This document shows positions 53,738 to 64,000 of a DNA stretch of 64,000 nucleotides, piece after piece (within the stretch, counting starts at the first letter, position 1; every line of letters starts with the position of its first letter). The stretch covers positions 141,918,001 to 141,982,000 of the forward strand of contig OX597816.1 of assembly GCA_951406725.2 (NCBI GenBank), written 5' to 3'. A program made the translations under genes and the position numbers. This stretch comes from Octopus vulgaris (lineage: Eukaryota). A model generated the notes under the pieces. The model did not search any database and had not been told where the DNA came from. It was given only the letters and a program-made list of their open reading frames with translations.

Positions 53738-54109
53738 GTTTCCCTGAGTTGCTGTAGTCTTTTTAGTTATTGTGGGTAGAGAGCACTCAGACCAGCTGGT
53801 ATCTCTCTTCCACGTTTCATCAGTCTTGACAAATCTCCAGATTTGTCCATCTTCCCGAAGACTGAAGCTTTCCTGTAGAGCTGAGTTCCTATTCAGGGAA
53901 GCCGCTACACGTAGCTTCGGACGTAGATCGGACGGTAAGCCTGGGCGTGTTCGGAAGGTGGTCCGATTTTCACGCCCAGCTTTAACTGAGGCCAGATGGT
54001 AAGAGGTTGCCTCAGTGTGGTCCGAAAAAGACAGCTTGATGAGCCTAGGTTTTGGGCCAGGTCGTCCAAGACGGATAGCACCCGTTGGGGGAACGCAGCC
54101 TAGGTCTTT
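53735..54109 (-). pseudogene. CR1 ORF1 C-terminal remnant (RRM-type)
   Basis: Open frame 'KDLGCVPPTGAIRLGRPGPKPRLIKLSF...TTATQGN*'. The RLG..PR.I...F pattern is typical of RRM-type LINE ORF1. Absent from the ORF track because it lacks a start codon. Confidence 0.75.
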
Positions 54110-55170
54110 GGTTGGGGGAACGCAGCCTAGCAGCTATCTCCTATTTTGGGATAGTGAAGGCATATCCTTCAAGGTGGGATGTAATGTATCTACCACAGGT
54201 CCAAGAGAGACTACTCTTGCTGTCAGTGTTGTTGTTATCCTCTAGCTTATGGGATATGGCCAATGCATCGCCTTTTGCTGGTATGATGCCTGCCTTTCCT
54301 TTAAGCTTCTGTTTAAATAGGCCAGCCCTGCCTCATTTGGATCACATGAAACAGTTGTATTCTCAAAGTATTCCTACAGTAGTTCTCCAACCCAGAAGAT
54401 GTTGTTGCTCTCACTTTTGAGTATGCATGGAATGTATTCATTTCTTTCTTTACTGTTCAGCAGGTGTTGTCTGAGTGATACAATGTGATGAAAGAATATA
54501 ACATTCAAAGGCCTTTTGGATCGACCTTATGCCTCTACTGCCATCACTTCATCTCACATAGACTCTATTAGTGTTGCTGTTATGTGGAAGGCGATGAGGA
54601 GATAGACAAGCTATTGATGTACATGTTCTACATCTGGTCAACAATCTTTCTTTGGTTGACTACCATGTATGGGCATATAACTTGCCTAAACTCCATTCCT
54701 ATGTCTCATGAGAATGTTATGACTAGTTTGAATTGTCTATTGATATTGATCATGTTACCATGTATGTGTATATGTATGTAAGAATGTATGTATGTATATA
54801 TGTATTTATGTATGTATGTATGTATGTATGTATGTATGTATGTATGTATGTATGTATGTATGTATGTTGGTAAGTATGTAAGTATGTATGATTGTATAAG
54901 TGTGTGTACATATGTACACATGTATGTATGTATTTATGTATGCATGTATGTATGAGTGTTTGTGTGCATTTATCGGTCTGTATGTATGTATGTATGTATG
55001 TATGTATGTATGTATGTATGTATGTATGTATGTATGTATGAATGAATGTATATATAGCTTACCATATTTTTCTAATTAAACTTGTTCCTCAACAAAAGAA
55101 ATCATAAGGTTACAATGGAAGAAGACATCAAGAATCAGAAATTAAACTCAATATTAAATCAAATTATGTG

Positions 55171-55221
<51 letters not shown>

Positions 55222-56039
55222 TGCGTGCGTGCTTGCGTGTGTTTCTATATATATGTGCGTGTGTTTTTGTTGTGTGTGAGTGTGTATGGGTGCAAGAGAG
55301 GGAGAGAGTCTTTAGCTGACCACTCAATTTGTCTGGAATTTAATAGTAGTCCCTTCCACTAACAGAACTTTCCAGTCAGATGATAATTTGATGTGAAAAA
55401 TTATGGTCATTAATGAACAAAATTTATGTCTTGTGTAACATAAGCCCTTTGACCTCTAGATATACGTTAAATACACATCTACTGGTTGATGTGCATTATA
55501 TCTACCACTTTCTTTGTATTTTGATATCATTAATGGTCGAGGGATCTTTTATTTTATAGTTTGTTTTTCCTTTATGTTTGTTTTGTTTTGTTTGTTTGAG
55601 TTTAGATGTTTATATACCAGGAATTTGCAAAGTGTTATGGTTGCTGTAGCTTCTACATAGATTAGTCAATTTATTTTGGTTGATATCGATGCTTGAATCT
55701 GTTTCAAGAATATCTAGGATGGCCAAATTTTTATTTTTTATTGTTGCTGCTACTTAGCCATTAAGTTTTATTAACAAGAGGGACTTTTATTGGTGATGAA
55801 GACATAAAGGCATTAGCTTGGCAGAATTGGTTGTGATATTTAGTTATGAATCTTAATATTCTAAGTTTAAATCTCCAGAAGATCAACTTTGTCTTTTCTT
55901 CAACCAGGATCAATAAAATGAAGTACTGCTCATGTATTGGGGGTGATTCATATGATATATCCTAAAACTGAATGAAATTATAATAAAAAGATGCACAAGC
56001 TAAGATTGACTAGCCTTTGGAAGACTGGTTCCCCTGAGT

Positions 56040-56275
56040 CAACCCTATCAAGTGTCAACAGCCTCAGTAAGCACTTATGGTGGCAACAGGTAATGAGGAA
56101 TTAGGGTCTGATTCTAGATAGGAAGCATGCAAAACAGCTACCACATCCAATGAAGGCAGCAGGTGCACAAAATTACTCACTTCCAACATGGAGAAGTAGT
56201 GACAAAAAACTATCATGCAGGACTCTGTTGAGGCCCTGCAGTCAGAATGAGTTACACTTCAAATCCATTAACAAT
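56040..56275 (+). pseudogene. Decayed 18S rRNA fragment
   Basis: CCCTATCAA...GCTACCACATCCAATGAAGGCAGCAGGTGCACAAAATTACTCACT...GTAGTGACAAAAAA...GAATGAGT is colinear with the conserved eukaryotic SSU region. Many CpG-type transitions. Confidence 0.9.
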
Positions 56276-58389
56276 ATGTTCTATTTATTTTAAATCTTCA
56301 AGTATTTACACATTTAGATTATTGTCATATTCAAATTTTTCAGATTTAGAACATTCAACTCTTAGCTCATTTTTATTTTTACACTTTTCATATGTGTCCA
56401 TATATTTTCCTGTATATAGATCTTGTTCAGCTTTTGTTGACAGTAATTTGCAGGTAATCTGGGGTTTGATTTTGTTTTGTTTCATTATTTATCTTGCTTT
56501 TGCTAGGTCTCTGTCTTTGTGATTTACATTCTCAAACACGAGAGTTTTAATGTTTGATTTTTTAAAATTTTATTTTCACTGTTGTTCAGCCTCAAGTTTG
56601 CCTTGATCAAACAGACCTTTGATCAAAAGTTTTCTGACTGTTACCATCCTGTCTCTTTTGCATTTATAGTGATTTAAGGGAAACTTGCTTGTTGTTTATT
56701 GACTGTGTAGAGACTCCTACTTTGCAATTGTGTTTGTTTTCTGTTTATTATTTGTATTTTTTTATGTGTTCTTTATTTGATGTATTCTATTTCTATAGCT
56801 GACATCTTTCAAGTTGTCAGTGTATATCTACTTAAATTATCTGAATGTATTGAAATCCAAAGTTATTTCTATATCAGAATTATGCTTTATCCAGATATTA
56901 TGTATGTAAGTTGTAGCAGTCTCATTTTGGGGAAGAGTGTAGCTGTAAAATATATGTAACATGGAAATGTATTCATTTCTTCTCTGGTCCATGTATTCCT
57001 TTCCTGTTTTATGCATGGGTTTTCATAAGTAATGTCCAACCTTTTATCTATATTGCATATATTTTTATTTGCATGGGCTCAAGCATAGTTGAGTGGTCAA
57101 GAAGTTTGCCTTGCAATCACAAGGGTCTGGGTTTGGTTTCATAGCATAGCATCTTGAGCAAATATCCCTTACCATAATCTTGAGCCTTATGAGTGAAACT
57201 GGGTTGGGAGGAAATTGCATAGAAGCCTGTCAGTCAGATCATACCTGTAATTCAAAGGTCCAGTCTTTTCAGGAACAAAGTTCAGCCTTTTATTTAGAAT
57301 GCATAAGCTTTCATCACATATTTTCATCACCAATTTAGCCTGAGGATTACATTAAGGGTGTCACACATCTGTGGAATACTTGGTAATTCATTTATTTGTA
57401 TGAAAGGGGCAGACACAGGAAGACATAGAATGAAGAGGTGAGAAAGGATCTTCAGACACTAGGCCTCACAGAGGAGATGACAAGGGACCAAGACTTCTGG
57501 CAATTTGCTGTGCTTGAGAAGACATGCCAAACTAAGTAGAATCATGACTGTTCATGCATACAGTCATGTCCTCTTCATCCTTCTTTCAGCTCAGAGATAC
57601 TAGACTTGTGGCTTGTGGGAGCTGGTACCATATAAAAGTATCCATGCCTGTGCCACATAAAAGTGCCTGTGCCAGTACCACATGAAAGTGCACATGCGAG
57701 TACAATGTAAAAAGCACCCAATATGTTCTATAAAGTGGTTGGCATTAGGAAGAGCATCCAGCCATAAAACAATGCCAAAACAGACAAATGGTAAACTGTC
57801 CAACCCATGCCAGCATGGAGATCAGACATTAGAAGATGATGATGATGATGATGTAGTGAGTCAGTTAAATGATTTACCAAATGCTCAACTGCAAAACTAA
57901 TGGAGGATCCATCATTATTTTTCTATTTACATTTTTTTTCACATTGATTGTGAATTTAGTGGGGCTCTTGAAAATTTGACTCAATCAAAAGCTTTCAATA
58001 CAACCAACCATTGTTATTTGGTGGATGTCCCCCGCTGTTCAGAGCTGTTGGTTTGAGTTCAGTTTCCAGAGTTTGAATGACTTCCATGTACACTGGCATC
58101 TGCTAAATGATCAAATTAAATGGTTACTAATTAGAACCATTTTGAATTGTGGGCTCGTGTCCTGACACTTGAGCCATCACTATGGAAAATGGAGTTGTTG
58201 TAAGGTATCCAATTTCAACTTGAACAATGGAGAGCTGTATTGACATAGGCAGGGGACATTACTATAACAGACTCTATGGTAGTTGATATAAATGGCATCA
58301 TTCTGAAGAAATACAGAGCAGTGACAGAAGAAAGAATTAATCTCAGAAAAATCTGTGGAATTGCAGCTCAGCTTTTAGAAAGATTATTA

Positions 58390-58644
58390 TTATCATTGCT
58401 ATTATTGTTTTACTTCTCAGAACGTTTGGTCTTCTTTGTTCTGGTAGATTCTGTGACAGCGGATGGCAGCCTGCTGTCAGAGGTCTCACAGGATCTCTTT
58501 CTACACATTATAAGCTTTGATACTTGGTTGTTAATTATCATGGGAGACATTCAACATCCAAGTACCAATCTCAAAATCCTAGCTATCTCCAGCAGAGCAG
58601 TTTTTTTGGCTTGCTCTACTCTCATGTCAATTTCAATTTAAGGA

Positions 58645-58645
<1 letters not shown>
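58390..58645 (-). mobile_element. R4/Dong-type LINE 3' end
   Basis: 'RVEQAKKTALLEIARILRLVLGC*', then a UTR and a TAA-rich tail. Confidence 0.65.
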
Positions 58646-58685
<40 letters not shown>

Positions 58686-59839
58686 GATATAAGGTGGTGA
58701 GCTGGCAGAATCATTAGCTCACCAGGCAAAATGCTTAGCGGCATTTCGCTCGTCTTGATGTTCTGATTTCAAATTCCAGTAACCTCATCTTTGCTTTCAA
58801 TCCTTTTGGGGTCAACAAGTACTGGTGGAGTACTTGGATCAATGTAATTGACTAGCACCCACTCCTGAACTTGCTGACCTTGTGCCAAAATTTAAAACTA
58901 TTATTATTGAGTGAGAGAGCAGTGCATGCCATCAAAGTGACACTGGGGTACAAATATACAAAGCCCAATATATTCATCATGACTATCCATCTGATAAGGG
59001 TACACTAGACACATGCATCACAACCATATGTGCACGACATGGTAATCTCATATCAAGATAAACAGTGTATGACCTTGCAAATGGGGCATAGTTAGAATTT
59101 TCTTCATTTCAAGTAGTCCATCCCACTCAAAAGGTCCCTGAATAAGGTTTGTTTAAGGATGATGAACAAAACACCCATGTTTCCAGAGGTGAATTATTCA
59201 AACCCCAAAGAATTCATCTCAACACATGGCTATGATGCTTCCCCACTACTTCTGCTCATGATCAGAGATGCACATATTGTCAGACATTAAGGGGCATGCT
59301 CAACTGGTTAAGGTCAAGCAACTGACTAAGCAAATCAGTGGTATTGTGCAAAATATTTGCTGTAACCTGTCTTTTATTCCAAGACAAACCAATGTACATG
59401 ATAACACTTCCTCTGGTACACTAGCACATGCATCACATTTATTTGTGTGAAAGGGGCAGACTCAGGAAGACATAGAATGAAGAGGTGAGAAAGGATCTTC
59501 AGACACTAGGCCTCACAGAGGAGATGACAAGGGGCCAAGATTTCTGGTGGGGCCCAGTTAGAATTATCTTCAGGTTGAGTAGCTCATCATTATTATTATT
59601 ATTAGTTCATGATTATTATTATTACTAAGGTGGCAAGCTGGCAGAATCATTAGCGTACCAGACAAAATGCTTAGCAGTATTTCACCCATCGCTACGTTCT
59701 GGGCACAAATCCCACTGAGGTCGACTTTACCTTCCATCCTTTCAGGGTTAATAAAATAAGTACCAGTTGAACACTGGGGTTGATGTAATTGACTTATCCC
59801 CTCCCAAAAAATTGCTGCCCCTGTGGCAAAATTTGAAGC

Positions 59840-59890
<51 letters not shown>

Positions 59891-60513
59891 CATTATTGTT
59901 ATTATTAACTGAAATCATTATTGTTGTTGTTTGCCATGAACGGTTGTGTTTCATGGAGCCCCTGGCATATTTATGATGATTATTTATTGAAAAGATTATT
60001 TATTGAAACAAAAATTATTCTTTATATTCTCATTTCTCATTCTGGAATGTTGGCAAAGGCTTTTAGATTAATTTAGAATTCATCGCAATTCACTGGTGTG
60101 AAAAAATATTTTGATATTGTTCAATTTAAATGTATATATATATATTTCTACCATTGGCCATAAGATATATTTACCCTTGTTGCAATATAGACCACTTCAG
60201 AAGCAGCAGCAAAAAATTTTCAGCACTTTAGTGATAGTAATAAACTCAATAATGTCAACAAATATATCTTTCAGTTATTTTCATACATAGAGATGGACTT
60301 AATTAAAAAGAAATCCTAGACAATGTGAAAACTGAATAAACAGCTAGATCTTCCAACAAGGACACTTAGAGTATGCATCCCAACCACATGGTTCTATGTT
60401 CAGTCGCACTGCATAACACTTTGGCCAAGTGTCTTCTACTACAAACTCATATCAATGTATGTATGTATGTATGTATGTATGTATGTATGTATGTATGTAT
60501 GTATGTATGTATG

Positions 60514-60544
<31 letters not shown>

Positions 60545-60559
60545 TTATCTATCTATCTA

Positions 60560-60599
<40 letters not shown>

Positions 60600-60914
60600 A
60601 ATATATATATATATATATATATATATGAATTAATCTTAATCAAAATGTACAGTATTTTATATTCATTGTGGCCAATCTTACCAATTGGTTTCATACTAGG
60701 GGTTCAATGGAGTGTTAGATAACAGTCCAGTTATGCAACCTTGCACTCTTCAGTGATGGCAGTTATTAACTGAAATATGGTGACAGCTGGTGTGGGTTGG
60801 ATAATTTGACAAGGATCTAAATAAGTCCAAGGTCTGCAGTGTACTCCAGTTGTCTGCTTTGGCATGGTTTCTATGGCTGAATACTAACTGTTTTACTGGC
60901 TACTTTTTCTTGTA

Positions 60915-61310
60915 CGTGCTGTGGTTTGTTGTGGTATTCTGATTTTCACTGCATTGAAAGTGCTTTACATATGATGTGCACAGTGCCTAGTAGTGCTATT
61001 TTCTGCATGTTATATTCATTTATAAGTCCTGGTGTTTTGGTTAAATATTTGTCTGATTATTTTTTAATCATACCTAATGCACCTTTTATCATAGGGAGTG
61101 TTTCAGTTTATAGGATCCACATTTGGATTATCTCTATTTCCAGATCTTTGTGATTTGAGAGTTTCTCCATTTCTTTTAGCGATACATTGTCAGTATTGAT
61201 ACATCAACTACAAGGCATTTTTTCTGGGTGATTTCTGACAACTGTATTTGGTTTATTAGCCTTGATTTCTCTATTTGTGTGTATTGACATATCCCAGAGT
61301 ATGGCTGCTT
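60915..61310 (-). mobile_element. R4/Dong-type LINE RLE fragment
   Basis: 'ILWDMSIHTNREIKANKP...EKLS..KDLEIEI..MW...GALG...QKIALLGTVHI'. Confidence 0.8.
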
Positions 61311-62402
61311 ATTATTATTCTGCTAGGGTCAACTTTGCTTCTCCCTCTTTTGGAGTTGATTAAATAAGTACCAGTTGAGTACTGGCATTGATGTAATCGA
61401 CAAGCCCCAACCCCTAAAATTGTTGGCCTTGTGACAAAATCATTATTATTATTATATGACTTTTAATAGTTTCAGATAAATTTCTTCAGTATCACCTGCT
61501 ACACCTCTGTTACTGAGATGTGTACAGCATTGGGTGATCTTTTTTTTTTTTGTTGGGGAAGTATTGCATCAATTTACTTTGTTATGGGCTTTCGCTTGAG
61601 TCTTTTGTTGTATGACTGTTTGTATTGTGTTCTGTATGCGTAATGCAAGTTGTGTTCTTCTGTTGGGTATCTTACCTGTAGAGTACATGTTGTGGAGGTT
61701 GTTTATTTTACTGGATATTTACTGTATAGAGTATCTTGTGCTTGTGGATTGTTGTATTTGGATTGTAATAGAATTAATAGTTTCTTGTGTAGAACGTGGG
61801 CTTTTCCATTAATATTATCTTTATGAGGATGGTGAGCTGGTGGAATTGCTAGTATGCTGAGCAAAATGCTTAATAGTATTTCATCTGTCTTTACATTCTG
61901 AGTTCTAATTCTGTTGTGATCAACTTCACCTTTTATCCTTTGGGGGTCAATAAAATAAGTACCAGCTGAACACTGGGGTCAATTACTGGCTTCATGCCAA
62001 AATTTGAAACCATTATTATTATTGTTGTTGTTGTTGTTATATTTTTCTATAACCTACAGGTTGAAACAAGTAAAAGATAATGATATATGTATATTTAATA
62101 TTTGAACTGCTGAATATATTCACATCAACATTAAAGTCATAAAGTAACTATCTTTTCTAAAATAAATTTTATATTAGAGTTGCATTTGAAGGGTAAATAA
62201 TTCTACAAAAATCTGTTGGTAATTTAATTTCAGACAGATATTACATTTCAATGAGTTTACAATAGTAAGAAAAAAAAAATGTCCTGCTTCTTTGTATGAC
62301 ATTTCAACATTTCACAAAATGTATTGCTTTTGTATAAAATATTCAATGTTTTATGCAATTACAAATTCAATCTTTTCACTAACATCCTAAAGTAGTTATA
62401 AA

Positions 62403-62502
62403 TTATGCAACAATATCAAAGAACTCCAAAGTCGAGTGCAGTAGAGATGCATAAAGGCTATCTTTCATATCTTCATCCTCCGCATTCAACCATGTGTAAA
62501 AT
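62403..62502 (-). CDS. Candidate terminal coding exon of a host gene extending past the right edge
   Basis: Acceptor TATTCTTTCAG, phase 2, FYTWLNAEDEDMKDSLYASLLHSTLEFFDIVA*. Followed by unique AT-rich UTR-like DNA with ATTAAA at about 62225. Confidence 0.5.
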
Positions 62503-63384
62503 CTGAAAGAATACAGCTTATCTAACTGTTTTATTGAAGACTTTTATGCTGATCTTGTTAGGGGGTTTGATTCATAACTGTAAATCGTTAAATTTTTCTT
62601 TATTTTATAAGGAATTCTTGCAATGGATGGAGTAAATGTATAACTAAAAGACCATACAATCAGTGTTGTTCTTAATTTAATATTACTAAATAGAACAGCC
62701 ATATAAGTCATAAACCAGTGAGCAGAATAATTTATCTCATAAATTTAATCAAATATGACACAGTTATCTAAGGAGGTAAGAGCAATATCAAGTAATAGTT
62801 TCATGTATCTAACTAACTACACATCCATATTTCTCAGATTAATGGGATTGCAGTTTTGTTGATAAGACTATTCTATTTTAGTTGTGTTCTTCATTCACAA
62901 GAAGAGTGTAGTCATCATCATCATTTAATGTCCACTTTCCATGTTTGCATGGGTTAGACAGTTTGACTGGAGATGGTAAGTCAGAGAGCTGTACCAGCTC
63001 CAGTCTGTTTTGACATGTTTTCTACAGCTGGATGCCCTTTCTAACACCAACCACTCCACAGAGTGTACTGGGTATCTTTTACATGTCGCTAACATGGGTG
63101 CCTTTTATGTGTCACCAGCATGATTACTTTTATGTGTCACTGGCACAAGTGCCTTTTATGTGTCACTGGCATGGGTGCCATTCACACATCTCTGGTATTA
63201 GGCCATGACCACAATTTCACTTAGTTTGACAAGTCTTTTCATGCACAGCAAATTGCCAGAAGTCTTGGTCACTTGTCTTTTTGCCTCTATGAGACTCAAC
63301 ATCCCATTTCACCACCTTGTCCCATGTCTTCCTGGGTTTCCCACTCCCACAGGTTCCTTCCACAATTAGAGGTTGACACTTCTT

Positions 63385-63590
63385 GAATAAACCTCAGTGA
63401 ATGCCTAAGTAACAAATTGGATAAGCTAAGGTTTTCAGAAAAAGAAATCAGCCAGGTAATTTGTACATTACAAATACAATTTGTCAGAAGAACTTTAAAA
63501 GTATGCAAGACTTTTGTTATCTATGTTCCAGCAATGGAACTTTGTATCTTTATTAGAAAACAGCCCCTTCCTCCGTTTTTTTCGAATAAT
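63385..63590 (+). mobile_element. R4/Dong-type LINE 3' end
   Basis: 'LDKL.FSEKEISQVICTLQIQFV..TLKVCKTF' parallels 19490-19620. Confidence 0.65.
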
Positions 63591-64000
63591 TAGAAACAGA
63601 AGAGAACATACATACCATTTGCATGATGTACACACTTGTTTACTTAAGATGTCAAAACAAAGAGATTCAAGCATACACATATACATATATTTATATACAT
63701 ATGTATACAATGGGCTTCTTTCTGCTTCTGCCTACAAAATCCACTTACAAGGCTTCATATTCATTCATACATAAGAATATACATACATATACATATACAT
63801 ACATGTATGCATACATACATACATACATACATACATACATACATACATACATACATACATACATACATACATACATACATCTGTACATATGTATGTACAT
63901 GTGATCGTTACCAGCGTTGCCTTACTGGCACTCGAACCCCATGCTAGTAGGATATTAAGAGTACCATCCGAGTGTGATCGTTGCCAGAGTGGCTATCTGG

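Larger units (their letters stand above)
50845..54130 (-). mobile_element. Young CR1-group LINE, 5'-truncated within ORF1
   Basis: ORF1 remnant, APE+RT ORF2, short 3' UTR and (ATT)n tail. GC-richer than its flanks. Confidence 0.95.
50400..54760 (-). mobile_element. R4/Dong-type LINE split by the CR1 insertion (halves 54131-54760 and 50400-50843)
   Basis: The right half ends 'YITSHLEGYAF...EIA'. The left half continues 'YQINKRD...', then the knuckle and 'EYWWNSPIKTS...HNRPDIILWDREQKICTVVEISCP'. Confidence 0.75.

Noticed and set aside
63615-63645. Minus-strand exon that would give an in-frame TGA (selenocysteine) when joined to 62502
   Set aside because: No SECIS is visible downstream and the acceptor is ambiguous.

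Overview
Eukaryotic, AT-rich, extremely microsatellite-rich DNA. Its SINE and LINE repertoire points to a coleoid cephalopod, most likely Octopus (inference from recognised repeat families). Most ORF-track entries are microsatellite artefacts. The window is mainly transposon-derived: two Tc1 (DD34E) elements, one with both TIRs; two non-autonomous Helitrons; a hAT MITE; a Gypsy-type solo LTR nested in a SINE; a young CR1-group LINE nested in an R4/Dong LINE; RTE, R4/Dong and Penelope-like (PLE) fragments; many tRNA-derived SINEs; and a decayed 18S rRNA fragment. Three observations stand out. (1) Eight loci carry hammerhead-ribozyme-like motifs of different sequence, several with palindromic stem III or greatly extended stem II, mostly in short elements beside (TA)n or other simple repeats. 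(2) The CR1 ORF1/ORF2 junction has a G_GGA_AAC slippery heptamer, an AUG-less ORF2 in the -1 frame and a perfect 15-bp hairpin downstream. (3) A few candidate host exons occur on both strands; I cannot assign them to a gene. Coordinates were read by eye, and element edges are approximate unless a TSD or terminus is cited.
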